Positions 37,043 to 48,314 of a stretch of DNA of 53,391 bases are shown piece by piece (position 1 is the first letter of the stretch; each line of letters begins with the position of its first letter). The stretch covers positions 1-53,391 of the IMG/VR virus record IMGVR_UViG_3300025889_000161, one strand, 5' to 3'. The DNA comes from a virus. Taxonomy: Duplodnaviria; Caudoviricetes. The position numbers and the translations under genes were made by a program. The notes beneath the pieces are model-generated. The model saw only the letters and a list, made by a program, of their open reading frames with translations. It was not told the origin of the DNA and did not search any database.

Positions 37043-38077
37043 TTAATTAAAATCTATTATTCTATATAATATTGATAAGTTTAGTATACCATCTCCTGAA
37101 GCAAAACTTCCGGTAAGATTATTTAAATAAACTCCTGCATTAATTCCTGCTGTATTAACTCCTGTTGGTAAATCCCATACTGCAGTAGTATCTACTGAGC
37201 CTGTCATAGCTGTTGCAGCTACACTTGCTATAGCAGTTCCTGCTGTTCCAGTATAATCTAATTGTAAAACTCCACCACCAGTATATGCAACAGTCCCATA
37301 ATCTAACCAACTTCTAACGCTTACTACATCTATAAATTTTCCTGCTCCTGCTGCTGCTATAACATTTACTGCAGAACCACCACCACCAACATACATATCT
37401 GCAATTGTTGCAGGATCTAAAGCACCAGTATACTCTAAATAAGTTACAGGAGCTGTAGCTAACATAGCATTAGTTACTTTTCCTGCTCCAATTGTAGTTA
37501 CTCCTGTATTACTTATAGTAACATCTCCAGTAACTGTAACTGAATTTATAGTAGTTCCATCTCCTACTAATATTTTAGTATCTCCTGATGCATCTAAGTC
37601 ACCAACATTAGCTCCATCTACTCCTATAGTTAAGGTTCCACCAGGCTTTTGTGCAAGCTGGTTATTAGTTATTGCATTATTAGCAATAGCTGCGGTTGCT
37701 ACTGAACCTGCTACTAATTCTGCTCCATTTAAGTTTGCTACCCCTTCTCTAGAAGGAAATATTTTAACCTTCCAAGCAGAACCATCAAAAAGAGCAGTAA
37801 TTTCAGCTTCATATAGTGCTTGTGCATCCGCTAAAGCTGTACCAAATATATTTACTGTCCATCCAGAAGCTGTATTACTTGTTATAGTACCAGCATATAA
37901 AAATTTAATATACTGATTTAATTTAGGAGTACCGCTTACTGTTATGTTAACATCTGCAGATATAGTAATTGGTGCTGCAGGTCTAATTACTACATGTTCT
38001 ACATCACTATCAATATCTACAGGATATGTACCTCCTCCAGCTACTGGAATTAAAGTTGTTGTATTAAATCTATTCAT
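37043..38077 (-). CDS. Tail fibre protein
   Basis: 344 aa, Gly/Ala/Thr-rich; GDVTISNTGVTTIGAGKVTNAMLA fibre repeat; C-terminal domain shared with 40749-41462. Confidence 0.65.
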   Translation of the reverse strand: MNRFNTTTLIPVAGGGTYPVDIDSDVEHVVIRPAAPITISADVNITVSGTPKLNQYIKFLYAGTITSNTASGWTVNIFGTALADAQALYEAEITALFDGSAWKVKIFPSREGVANLNGAELVAGSVATAAIANNAITNNQLAQKPGGTLTIGVDGANVGDLDASGDTKILVGDGTTINSVTVTGDVTISNTGVTTIGAGKVTNAMLATAPVTYLEYTGALDPATIADMYVGGGGSAVNVIAAAGAGKFIDVVSVRSWLDYGTVAYTGGGVLQLDYTGTAGTAIASVAATAMTGSVDTTAVWDLPTGVNTAGINAGVYLNNLTGSFASGDGILNLSILYRIIDFN

Positions 38078-38084
38078 AGTTATA

Positions 38085-38690
38085 TTATTTTATAAGATGT
38101 TCTATAGTTAATTGATCACAGTTGAATGTAGTAATTGTTCCAGATACTTTACCTCTACAATCAAATACTAATGTATTAGCAGATAAATCTGCTACTGTTT
38201 CATCTTCAGAAAAATGATAGTGATCAATAGTAGAACCTGTTTCATCACATACATAACTATCAGAAGCAATAACTAAGTTTGTAGTACTTTCTCTTGTGAT
38301 TTCTAATCTAACTTTTAAGTAAAATTGATAATCAGAAGTTCCATGATTTATTTGATATGGATAGGTTTTAGAAGTATAACTAGAACCAGCCATATAAATA
38401 TATGCATTTGAAGTTCCAGAAGTTCCTGCTCCAGTTGTAGTAAAAATAGCTGTAAGAATTAATTTACTTCCATTTGTACTTAATGTATTAATAGGCAAAG
38501 TATAAGCCTTAGTTGCACTAAATAGTGCTATACTAGTTGAACTAGTAGTACTTTGAGTTGTATCGTTGTGTAATATTGCTACACCATTTGAACCATTTGA
38601 ACCTGCTGCTCCAGTAGCTCCTGTTGCACCAGTTGGTCCAGTTATTACTGGTAACGTAATATTATCACAATCTTGACATGTATCGCACAT
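38085..38690 (-). CDS. Collagen-like fibre protein with N-terminal CxxCxxC
   Basis: MCDTCQDC followed by GPT-GAT-GAT-GAA-GSN-GSN-G triplets and a beta-rich head. Confidence 0.65.
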   Translation of the reverse strand: MCDTCQDCDNITLPVITGPTGATGATGAAGSNGSNGVAILHNDTTQSTTSSTSIALFSATKAYTLPINTLSTNGSKLILTAIFTTTGAGTSGTSNAYIYMAGSSYTSKTYPYQINHGTSDYQFYLKVRLEITRESTTNLVIASDSYVCDETGSTIDHYHFSEDETVADLSANTLVFDCRGKVSGTITTFNCDQLTIEHLIK

Positions 38691-38696
38691 AATTTT

Positions 38697-39254
38697 TTAG
38701 CAATTGCAATCTTCAAAGTCACAAAGAGCTTGAAGTTTGGTTAATAATTTTGTTATACCTGCTAAGTTATAGCAAGCTCCTAAACTAGTTAAAGATCTAT
38801 ATAGACCTTCTGCAAAGTTTAATCTATCTATGAAAGCTTCTGTTTCACATTCAGCACAAAGTTTATCTGGTACTTGAGCTTGTAGTTTATCTAAACAACA
38901 TCTCACTTTACCAATAAAAAGTTTATGTAAAGTATAAGTTACTGTTCCACTAGGTGAAACAATAGTGTATAAAAAGGTATATACTCCATCAGCAGTACTA
39001 GTAGGAGTTATATCTGTAAAGACATAATTACCAACTACTACCTGAGCATTAATTTGAGTTGTAACATCTACAGTTTGAGTAGATGAATCAGGGAAAGTAA
39101 TAAGTATAGTAGCAGATGTTATAGCTGTACTAGCATCATTAGGCGTACCAAATCCACCAGTATTACCTACTGCGTATGCTAAAGTTATATCTGTTACTTG
39201 TATTAAAGTATTATTTTCTTTAAAGCAAGCTTTTATTTTTGGACTGATTGCCAT
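38697..39254 (-). CDS. Tail hub A-like protein
   Basis: 185 aa. Ig-like N-terminal half (DGVYTFLYT), helical Cys-rich C-terminus ending CDFEDCNC; follows the auxiliary capsid gene as in crAss001. Confidence 0.55.
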   Translation of the reverse strand: MAISPKIKACFKENNTLIQVTDITLAYAVGNTGGFGTPNDASTAITSATILITFPDSSTQTVDVTTQINAQVVVGNYVFTDITPTSTADGVYTFLYTIVSPSGTVTYTLHKLFIGKVRCCLDKLQAQVPDKLCAECETEAFIDRLNFAEGLYRSLTSLGACYNLAGITKLLTKLQALCDFEDCNC

Positions 39255-39278
39255 TCTTAATAGTTTTAATAATTAGTT

Positions 39279-39314
39279 AAAAAGAAAAGGAGAGGAGTGT
39301 TTCCCCTCCTTTTC
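39279..39314 (-). terminator. Intrinsic terminator after auxiliary capsid gene
   Basis: GAAAAGGAGGGGA-AACAC-TCCTCTCCTTTTC followed by TTTTT on the minus strand. Confidence 0.8.
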
Positions 39315-39337
39315 GGTATTAATTGCTTATTAAACTA

Positions 39338-40696
39338 TTAACCGCAAGTTAAATCAGCAGCAGTTAATGCAGTACCATCGAAAGAGTTAGCAGTAGTGTA
39401 AGCTGGTACACCATCTAATAAATCTTCTAATACATCAGTAGTATCATCAGTACCACCATTAGCATACCATTCTCCTCCACCAGTAGTAGCAGGAATTGCT
39501 ATATAAACAACTTGTGGGTTGTTAGTAGGAATTAAACCACTTGTTTCAGATTTAGTAAGATTGATTGTAACAATATCATACGTTTCAGTAGATAAAGCCA
39601 TTTGAGTATAGCTATTTACATTAGGTTCACCAGCTCTGTATAATTCACCATTGTTACCATTTAAGAACCATTCTAGTTCAGCAACTTGATGATAAGTACC
39701 AGTACCTAAAGTAGCAACAGCAGAGTTAGTTAGTGTAGTAGCTCCAAATGCATCAGAATCTAAATTTAATTTCCATTTAGCAATCTTATCTTGAATCTTA
39801 CCTAATTTCCAATCTAAATCTTGACCTGTTAAACCAACACCCCAATTAGCAGCAGCTCCTTGAGCTACAGTAATTGCTTGAGTTGAGTTATTACCAGTAG
39901 TTCTAGTACCAGTAGCACCTTGATAAGGTCTGTCTAAAGTGATAAAATCAGTAGTACCAGAAGCATTCGCATTAATTACTTCTACTTTATAAACTGCATC
40001 TGTCAAAGCTACAGTAGCATCAGAATCAGCAATTCTAATAAAATCTCCAACTACTAAATCAGTACCAGTATTGTAATCATAATCAGTAGCAATAGAAATT
40101 ACTTTTGATCCCTTAGTTACAGTTACTGTTTCATCCATAGTATTGTTAGTATCTAAAGCAGTATTACATAAAGCTTTAAATACAATCATTGGATCTCCAG
40201 AAGTATTTTTTACTTCTCTAGAAAAGTTTGAAATTCCAGATCCAGCTAATCCTAGAGCAATTTCAGCTTGAGTTGCAGAAGAATCACTTTCGTATACTAA
40301 ATCTTTTACATATACTTGACCATGATTAGTTTCTAATGATTCTAATACATTAATGGTAGCTCTATATACAGTATTATTGTTTACTACGATTGATCCGCTA
40401 ACTCCTGTATATCCAATATAATCTAATTGTTCTACATCAGCAACGTAATCTTTTTTAGATACACTAGTTACCCAGTCTTTTTTAATTTTTTGAGAAACTA
40501 ATGGTTGATCACCAGTTCTACCCATAGCTAATACAAATTCATCATTTGCATCAGCCGTAGCTTCAGTATACAATGTTCCACCAGGAGTAAAACATCTTAC
40601 CTCACCATCCGCTAAAGTATTGATGGTAGTTCCTGTTATATCTACATCTTTTCCCACCAATATCATTGCGTGGTTTGTTTGACTAAAAGTTGTCAT
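39338..40696 (-). CDS. Auxiliary capsid (decoration) protein
   Basis: 452 aa. G.GTYHQVAELEWF..G..G..YR and YD.VTI motifs; strongly biased codons (GGT/GCT/ACT), own terminator, syntenic with crAss001 gp36. Confidence 0.65.
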   Translation of the reverse strand: MTTFSQTNHAMILVGKDVDITGTTINTLADGEVRCFTPGGTLYTEATADANDEFVLAMGRTGDQPLVSQKIKKDWVTSVSKKDYVADVEQLDYIGYTGVSGSIVVNNNTVYRATINVLESLETNHGQVYVKDLVYESDSSATQAEIALGLAGSGISNFSREVKNTSGDPMIVFKALCNTALDTNNTMDETVTVTKGSKVISIATDYDYNTGTDLVVGDFIRIADSDATVALTDAVYKVEVINANASGTTDFITLDRPYQGATGTRTTGNNSTQAITVAQGAAANWGVGLTGQDLDWKLGKIQDKIAKWKLNLDSDAFGATTLTNSAVATLGTGTYHQVAELEWFLNGNNGELYRAGEPNVNSYTQMALSTETYDIVTINLTKSETSGLIPTNNPQVVYIAIPATTGGGEWYANGGTDDTTDVLEDLLDGVPAYTTANSFDGTALTAADLTCG

Positions 40697-40719
40697 TTTT
40701 TATTTGTTTTAATTAATAT

Positions 40720-41462
<743 letters not shown>

Positions 41463-41481
41463 TTTTATATTTTTTTAATTT

Positions 41482-42189
41482 CTAGTTATTAATTTGCTCC
41501 TCATTTAGTTTTATTTGGTACTCTTGAGGTTGAGTTATTCCAGCAGCAATCCTTATTGCTACTTCTATTAGTTCTCTATGTATTGTTGGGTTAAGTTCAC
41601 AATCCACTTGAGCAGTTGTTGTACCATCACCTGTAAAAGGAACTATATTAACTGGTTGTTTAAAATATGCTACATGATATGTAGTAATTGTAAATGTACC
41701 ATCTGTAATTAGTTCAATTCTTTTTGTTCCATTTGTGTTGTCCCAGAAATCCATTCTTAAAACAGTATCATAATCTGATCCCGTTAATTGTGGTTTTTCA
41801 AAAGGATTTTTAATCTTTAATGAATATTCATCTTCCGTAGTAGGATCAACAAGTATTCTATTCCCTGTAAAACATGCATTAGAACTCGATACTGTAACTT
41901 CTTCTCCTTCAAAATACATAAAATCCGTAGGTAAGTCATATCTAGTTCCATTTGGTTTTCCTGTATCTTGTGTTGTAGAAGCTGTAGTAATATCTACATT
42001 ACGAGTTAAATTAGCCATATCCCTTCTTCTTTGTTCTTTATATTCAGAAGGTTGATACCTCTTTACTAAAATTTCTTGAGCCTTGCTCAGGATTACAGAT
42101 TTTTCTCTATCTGTATATCCTGGGCTACTTTGACTCGCTATTTTATCGTAAAGAACATCAAATTCATATGACATTTCATTTGCATCCAT
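41482..42189 (-). CDS. Tail ring protein (crAss gene-74 family)
   Basis: M...EM..EFDVLYDKI.S.S.PGY...EKS..L.KAQ and CELNP.IH.E....A motifs. Confidence 0.8.
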   Translation of the reverse strand: MDANEMSYEFDVLYDKIASQSSPGYTDREKSVILSKAQEILVKRYQPSEYKEQRRRDMANLTRNVDITTASTTQDTGKPNGTRYDLPTDFMYFEGEEVTVSSSNACFTGNRILVDPTTEDEYSLKIKNPFEKPQLTGSDYDTVLRMDFWDNTNGTKRIELITDGTFTITTYHVAYFKQPVNIVPFTGDGTTTAQVDCELNPTIHRELIEVAIRIAAGITQPQEYQIKLNEEQINN

Positions 42190-42192
42190 TTA

Positions 42193-43089
42193 CTAATCTT
42201 TCTTTATTAATTTTGCTGTTAATATTAATCTAATATCTTGATTCTCTTCAGCATCTAAATATTTAAGAGTATTACTTAAATTATTAACTTCACCTTTGAA
42301 ACATAATTCATCACCACCAGGTAAGAAATATTTGTTTCCATCTCTTAATACACTTTTAATAGTTAAAGATTTCATCAATAAAACTCTAGTTTCATATCTT
42401 TCATCTTCTAAAGTTTCTAAGAATTGATTAATATTAGTATCAATTTGCTTATCTATTTCAGATCTAAGGAACTCTAATTTAGAATTATCAGAAGGTCTTT
42501 TACCTATTACAGTTAAAAAGTCAATCATCTTTTCTCTACTATCTTCCATTTTAGTAGCTAATCTCCAAGCTCTTTTATTCTTATCACCTTTAGATAGAAT
42601 TGTAACTTGTTCCTCTTCATCAGAAGTAATAACAAATATATAACTCTTTTTAGAAAATTCTTCTTTTGCATTAGGTGCAACAAGATCTGAATTACTTAAT
42701 AATATTTTATAAGTTATATAATCAGTAGGTTTAGATAGATCTAATACTTTAGGTCTATTATTTAAAGTGACTTTTGATCGCTTGCTATACCAAAAATTTG
42801 AGGCTTTAGGTTGATCTACTGATAGATCCCCTATTTCAAATGCCATTCCTGATTTAGCTTTATTTTCAAAGAACGCTATTTCTTCCCTAGTCAAGGGACA
42901 ATCAATTATTCTAGTACCTTTAAGATGTTTAGGGCAAAGTTCAAATGTTACTCCAGAAGGCATGTTATACATAGCATGTTCTTTTTCATGCCTCATACCT
43001 CTTGATCTATCCACTAATCTTACTGTTATTTTCTTATTAGGTAATTTAAATTCTTTTACTTCATTTGTTTCAATTGTTTCTTCTTCCAT
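42193..43089 (-). CDS. Conserved crAss-like protein downstream of MCP (gene-75 family)
   Basis: 298 aa; NFW, LDLS.P.DYI.YKILL and NQDIRL motifs. Confidence 0.75.
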   Translation of the reverse strand: MEEETIETNEVKEFKLPNKKITVRLVDRSRGMRHEKEHAMYNMPSGVTFELCPKHLKGTRIIDCPLTREEIAFFENKAKSGMAFEIGDLSVDQPKASNFWYSKRSKVTLNNRPKVLDLSKPTDYITYKILLSNSDLVAPNAKEEFSKKSYIFVITSDEEEQVTILSKGDKNKRAWRLATKMEDSREKMIDFLTVIGKRPSDNSKLEFLRSEIDKQIDTNINQFLETLEDERYETRVLLMKSLTIKSVLRDGNKYFLPGGDELCFKGEVNNLSNTLKYLDAEENQDIRLILTAKLIKKD

Positions 43090-43116
43090 TTTTCTCCAAT
43101 TTGTTATTATTAATTT

Positions 43117-43147
43117 AAAAGGGTAACTCCCGAAGGAGCTACCTTTT
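43117..43147 (-). terminator. Intrinsic terminator after major capsid gene
   Basis: AAAAGGTAGCTCC-TTCG-GGAGTTACCCTTTT; stable C(UUCG)G tetraloop with a short U tract. Confidence 0.8.
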
Positions 43148-43158
43148 ATTGTTTACTA

Positions 43159-44628
43159 TTAGTTACCATTATAGATAAAGTGAGCAGTTTTTGTAGGATC
43201 AGTAACCATTACGCCACCAATATACATTTTGTGCTCTTCCCAAGCATCTTTTGCAGTTCCCATTGGAGCAATAGCACCATCAGGAGAGAAAGGATTTCTT
43301 AAACCTGGAATATATTTATGAATAATATCAACACCTTTTGGCTTACACTTTCTAATGTTAGCTGCACCATTAGTTGTTCCAATATCATAAATATCATATC
43401 TGTATGATTCAGTTACACCACCATCCGGGTGATAAACTTTATTACGATTTCTATTATCATACATAGATTCAATAGATAAGTTAAACTTAACCATATTTGG
43501 ACCCATATACTCTACGAATTGTCCACCGTAACCCATACCTTTGTTTGCATATTCAGATTGTGCATCGTAGATTCTTTTAGTTTCTCTTGTAGGAGTAAAC
43601 AATTGAGAATTATCTTCTAATGCCTTATGGAATTGAAAAGCTCCACGTTCACCTGTTGAACCAACGAAAGCTCTTTCATCCATTCCTAATTTACCTTCAG
43701 ATAAATCTAACAATCTGTTTGATAAAGAATCAATATCAAAGTTAGTATATAAAGATGTGTTAGATGCTTCACATTGCTCTCTTAATCCAGAACCTTGTAC
43801 AATAGAGTATCCATTTTCACCTTTTTGCATATAGTCACCATTTGCTGTTTTGTTAGAAGTACCAAACATTAACAATCTGCTAATATCTTGACGGAACTCC
43901 ATATCAAATACAAATGATTCATATTGTTGCCACATTACGAATTTTTCACCATTTTCTCCTAACATGTAAGTTCCCATCTTTTTACCAGACAAGTTACCAG
44001 GAGTAGCTTTTTCAATTCTAATTTGAGAGAAAGCATTTCTCATAGAGATATGAGATTTGTGCTTGATTTGTCTACCACCTTCAGACATAGTTCTTTCAAC
44101 AGAAGCAAATTCTCTAGAGAATAATTGTCCACCTGAGATTTCTTCAAAAGGAATGAAATCTGTTGAATTACCAGTCATTAATTCAGCAGTATACACAGTA
44201 TTTAAACCTTCACTTCTTCCTTCAGACTTTAATCTAATTGGATAAAGTTCATTTTTCTCACCAACGATAATTTCTCTATGAGAGAACCAATCTTTAGGGA
44301 AAACAACTTCAAATTCACTGAAACCAATACCTGCTTGAGATGCTGCAGTTACTGCTGTACCATCAACACGTACTTCTACTAAAGGTAGGTTATCAATCAA
44401 TTGAGATTCTAATTCCCAATAGTAATCTCTATCATCATCAAATTCTTTTACTGGAAATTTATTTAAAATTGAGTCAATATCGTTACCAAAATACTTTTGT
44501 TGTATTCTTGTAACAACATCATTTGCTTTTTGTGGATTTAAACCCCAAATAGCACCCAAATGATTCTCGGTAGTCAACCCTTTCCAAGAGGTTGCATCGG
44601 TCATTTGTAGTTCACTTATTCTTGCCAT
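43159..44628 (-). CDS. Major capsid protein
   Basis: 489 aa. WKGLTTENHLG, MRN.FS.IR, GSGL.EQ, TGERG..QFH, GGQF.EY and HPDGGV.ESYR motifs of crAss-like MCP; high-expression codon bias. Confidence 0.92.
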   Translation of the reverse strand: MARISELQMTDATSWKGLTTENHLGAIWGLNPQKANDVVTRIQQKYFGNDIDSILNKFPVKEFDDDRDYYWELESQLIDNLPLVEVRVDGTAVTAASQAGIGFSEFEVVFPKDWFSHREIIVGEKNELYPIRLKSEGRSEGLNTVYTAELMTGNSTDFIPFEEISGGQLFSREFASVERTMSEGGRQIKHKSHISMRNAFSQIRIEKATPGNLSGKKMGTYMLGENGEKFVMWQQYESFVFDMEFRQDISRLLMFGTSNKTANGDYMQKGENGYSIVQGSGLREQCEASNTSLYTNFDIDSLSNRLLDLSEGKLGMDERAFVGSTGERGAFQFHKALEDNSQLFTPTRETKRIYDAQSEYANKGMGYGGQFVEYMGPNMVKFNLSIESMYDNRNRNKVYHPDGGVTESYRYDIYDIGTTNGAANIRKCKPKGVDIIHKYIPGLRNPFSPDGAIAPMGTAKDAWEEHKMYIGGVMVTDPTKTAHFIYNGN

Positions 44629-44663
44629 TATTTATTTATTTTATTGAGTTTGTAATTTTATTA

Positions 44664-45812
44664 TTATAATTTAAACCTATCTAAAGCTTTTGCTAGTCCT
44701 TGTGATGAAGAACTCTTTATTTCTTTAGGGCTTCCGCCACCAGTTTGCGTGGTCTTTAATTTTTTATCTAAATCTTCAATTGCTGAAGTTTTTACTGCAT
44801 TTTCAAATTTAGAAAAATCTTTAAATCCTTTAGTATATGTATGTAAGAAAGCTTCCATTATTGCATACTCATTTGGATTCTCCAATCTACTTTTAGTTAT
44901 TGCATTAATTGGATTACCTGATTTATCATACCCAGCAATATCTGTAAGATTCTTAAATATCTTTTCTTTAGTAGTAGAGTTTACTTTAACATTAGGAATA
45001 AATTCTTCCCTTGTTAAAATAGTTTCTTTTAATTTAGAAAGATCTTCCTCACTTCTTTTTATATCTAATTCTCTTTGCTTCTTTATATTTTCAGTTTCAG
45101 TAGCAATTCTTTTCTTTTCAAAATCTAATAAAGATATATGAGCTTCTTTAGCATCATCTACATCCTCACCTAAATCAATGCTACGTTTAGCCATTTTAGT
45201 TGCTTCTGCTTGAGATAAACCTTTAGCAATAAAATTTTGAACTATTAAAGTAGTTCTTAAATTTTCATCCTCATCTATTCTGCTTTGATCTAAATTAGTT
45301 AATACATCTATATTACCTATATTTGTTTTAACATCTTCTTCAGGTATACCATTTCTAATGGCATCTAAGTAAAGCTTTTGAGTTTCATTTAAATCAGAAT
45401 ACTCATTCTCAAGCATTTTCTTTCTCCAACCTTCTATAAGATCTTTTGCATCTTTAACTTCTTCACCTTCTTCAAGAGTGATTAACCCCTCAGCAAGGAG
45501 AGTTTGAGTTACAAGTTGCAACGGAGAAGAAGAGTTGTCTGCTGAGGAGTCATCACTTGAAGTATGACTTTCTAAATTATCAGTATTTTCAAAGATCGTT
45601 GGGTCTATCCCATCTTTTTCTTCAGAGGAATCTTCCTCGTTGTTATTGTTATCTGCAGCTTCTTTAGCTACTTTAGTTTCTTTTACTTCTTTTTCTTCTT
45701 TTCCTGCACTAGCTTCTCTAGTTTCAGGATCCTGTGTAAAAAAGGAATCATCAATTCCTTCATCGTTACCAGAGTTTAAATCAACTCCTTCAAATAAATC
45801 TTCTTTCTCCAT
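44664..45812 (-). CDS. Acidic scaffold-like protein upstream of MCP
   Basis: 382 aa with a D/E-rich disordered N-terminus and helical remainder; lies between portal and MCP. Confidence 0.7.
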   Translation of the reverse strand: MEKEDLFEGVDLNSGNDEGIDDSFFTQDPETREASAGKEEKEVKETKVAKEAADNNNNEEDSSEEKDGIDPTIFENTDNLESHTSSDDSSADNSSSPLQLVTQTLLAEGLITLEEGEEVKDAKDLIEGWRKKMLENEYSDLNETQKLYLDAIRNGIPEEDVKTNIGNIDVLTNLDQSRIDEDENLRTTLIVQNFIAKGLSQAEATKMAKRSIDLGEDVDDAKEAHISLLDFEKKRIATETENIKKQRELDIKRSEEDLSKLKETILTREEFIPNVKVNSTTKEKIFKNLTDIAGYDKSGNPINAITKSRLENPNEYAIMEAFLHTYTKGFKDFSKFENAVKTSAIEDLDKKLKTTQTGGGSPKEIKSSSSQGLAKALDRFKL

Positions 45813-45819
45813 TCTTTTA

Positions 45820-45895
45820 CAATTTTACGTATTAATTATTTATAATATCAAGATAACTAATTAGTATATTCATTTTTTATACTATCTCCTATAGC
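45820..45895 (-). promoter_or_regulatory. Putative late promoter with upstream GCTATAG motif
   Basis: GCTATAGGAGATAGTA (45880-45895), then CTTG-N21-TAAAATTG before ATG 45812. Confidence 0.5.
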
Positions 45896-45899
45896 CTAT

Positions 45900-48296
45900 T
45901 TAGTTTCTTGTCTTTTTTGGTTTCATTCTTTCCAATTCTTTTTTATTAGCTCTTTCTTTTTCATTTTCAGATGCTTCAAATGTTCTTTGTTTCTCATTTT
46001 CTGCAGCTTCTGCTTCTCTTTGTAGTTTAACTTTAACAATTTCAACATCATCTCTGATACCATCTTTATCTACATCTAATCCACCATGTAAAGTTTTAAA
46101 TTGTGCTTTTACTTCTTCTAGTGTAATAGCATTACTTCCCTTAAGTGTTTCTAAATTTATATCATGTTGATAATTCTCTTGTCTAGTTTTTTCTGCAGCC
46201 TGAATCTGTTCTGTCTGCATTCTTTCAGCTTGTTGTTGTGAATCCTGATCTCTTTTTAACTTAGACTCTTCACCTCTCTCAATTTTTCTTCTAATAGAGG
46301 ATAATGAATCAGAAGTATAAATATCCATAAGTTGGCTAAAGTTTATCTTATCATTTTGAATACCAGCATGAGCAAGTTGTTTCATATTCTCTAATAGTTC
46401 TTGATCTTCTCTAGAGTTACTGATATACATATCAAAATCAATAGATCTGATATCTTCCATGTTAATGGTAATCATTTTAGTAGCCATATCACTAAGAACA
46501 AATTGAAGTTTCTTAGTTTTAGATGATCCCCAAGCAATCTTAGCTGTTTCTAATCCAGTAATAAGTACTCTTTTCTTTACATCTGCATGTTCTACAAAGT
46601 AGTATTCTGTTTGATGAGATGATTGTACTACTTCTCTTTGTACATTTCCTGAAGTAGAACTAGGTGATATTTGACCTTCTCTAGCTCTAGATATTCCTAC
46701 TATTTCACCAACTTCCTGTTTAATATGTTCCATCATAGATATATACAACTGAATTGTATTACCTTGTGTCATATCAATAACAGGATTAGCATTACTAGAT
46801 TGTAAGTTACCTGATATTTTTCCTAGAGCTGCTCCTTTTTGACCTTCCTTAAATGGATCTACTGGAGCAATTTTTAGAAATTTAGCATAGCTCATCCATT
46901 TCTCTACATCCCATCCATCTGGAACTTGAGATACATCAAGTTTTAATATTTTACCCCAGTTAGTTGAAATAGCTAATTCCACATTATACATAAGGGCATT
47001 ATACATATATTGGTAAGGTTTCATTCTATCATAAAATGACATGGAAACATTATCATTAGTATTATATATAGTTCCTACAATTCCTGGGTAACATATAGAA
47101 GGATTTTCCATTCTTCTAAATTGCACCGGTCTAACTTGCATTTTAACATAAATACCATCATCTGATGCTGTTTTACCACAAGCTATTTTATGTCCTTCCC
47201 ACCATTCATTAATCCATAGAGTAGTGGCTTCTTCACCTTTATCTTTATCTATAGTATATGTTTCGGGCATTAATTCATATTGCTCATCACCTTCATCATC
47301 ATAGTATTTAACCTTTTGCATTTTACGCATAGATTTCCAATATACTTTAAGCACTCTAACATTTCCATTAGAATCAAAAGGTGTTGCATAATCTCTAAGA
47401 CCTGTTTCAAAAATAGCTGTATCAACAGTGCTATCTAACATATCTTTTCTATCCATCATTGCATCTGGATAAGAAGAATCTCCAGAACCTGTGCTTTGTA
47501 ATGATCTAGTTTCAATTGATTCTATTTCAGATTCAGTAAGATATTCATTATATTCATCTATAATTTTACCTGGAGCATAGTAACTATCTATTACTATAAT
47601 CTCTGCATCTTCAATATATGGAGATTCTCCACTTCTTACTGTATGAACATTAAGTGGATTGTGTTTCTTTAATACTGGTTGTTCTGATATAATATCCCAT
47701 TGATATATTTCTTCTCCTGCAATAAGTGCATCTTTGAAACCTTTATCTAGTTTCATTTTAATACCTTGTTCCTCCCATAGATGTTTTAATATCCATGTAC
47801 CAGCTTCTTCTCTTTTATCTTGGTAGTTATATTTCTTATATTTTTCAAATTCTGCTAACTTCTCATTAAACTCTTCTTCATTGTGAGACTCAGCTTTAAT
47901 TTGTTCTATTATTAATTGTTGTAATTCCCCATTAAGATCTTCTTCTTTTTGAGAAATAGCATCATCATTAATAGTTCTAAGTCTCCAGTCAAATCTACGT
48001 TTAGTTTCCTCTCCCCATAATAAATCTACTTTAGGATTAATTATAGGGTAATTCTGCATCTTAGCAGGAGTATAGGTATTATCTAATCCTAATGGGTCAA
48101 CAATTTTTTTAACATCATCTTGATCAAGAATATCAGAATAAAGATTGTAATTAATCTTTTTTGTTTTAAATGACTTCCTTAGATTCTCATCTCTATATAT
48201 AGCCATTGCCTCAGCACCATCTATACAATCTTTTTTCCATTGTTTAGTCTTCTTAGCTAGTGATTTTTTTTGTGAAGGAAATTGTTTATATGACAT
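45900..48296 (-). CDS. Portal protein (start revised to ATG 48296)
   Basis: FPSQK, NYPIINPKV.LL.GEE, RVL.VYWKS, WINEWWEG, MKPYQY.Y and GIS..REGQI motifs of crAss-like portal; follows TerL. Confidence 0.92.
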   Translation of the reverse strand: MSYKQFPSQKKSLAKKTKQWKKDCIDGAEAMAIYRDENLRKSFKTKKINYNLYSDILDQDDVKKIVDPLGLDNTYTPAKMQNYPIINPKVDLLWGEETKRRFDWRLRTINDDAISQKEEDLNGELQQLIIEQIKAESHNEEEFNEKLAEFEKYKKYNYQDKREEAGTWILKHLWEEQGIKMKLDKGFKDALIAGEEIYQWDIISEQPVLKKHNPLNVHTVRSGESPYIEDAEIIVIDSYYAPGKIIDEYNEYLTESEIESIETRSLQSTGSGDSSYPDAMMDRKDMLDSTVDTAIFETGLRDYATPFDSNGNVRVLKVYWKSMRKMQKVKYYDDEGDEQYELMPETYTIDKDKGEEATTLWINEWWEGHKIACGKTASDDGIYVKMQVRPVQFRRMENPSICYPGIVGTIYNTNDNVSMSFYDRMKPYQYMYNALMYNVELAISTNWGKILKLDVSQVPDGWDVEKWMSYAKFLKIAPVDPFKEGQKGAALGKISGNLQSSNANPVIDMTQGNTIQLYISMMEHIKQEVGEIVGISRAREGQISPSSTSGNVQREVVQSSHQTEYYFVEHADVKKRVLITGLETAKIAWGSSKTKKLQFVLSDMATKMITINMEDIRSIDFDMYISNSREDQELLENMKQLAHAGIQNDKINFSQLMDIYTSDSLSSIRRKIERGEESKLKRDQDSQQQAERMQTEQIQAAEKTRQENYQHDINLETLKGSNAITLEEVKAQFKTLHGGLDVDKDGIRDDVEIVKVKLQREAEAAENEKQRTFEASENEKERANKKELERMKPKKTRN

Positions 48297-48314
48297 TAAA
48301 AAAGGATTAAGTTG

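Noticed and set aside
45856-45865. Palindrome ACTAATTAGT near the scaffold promoter
   Set aside because: It is a 10-bp AT-rich palindrome that is likely by chance and is not repeated at the other promoters.
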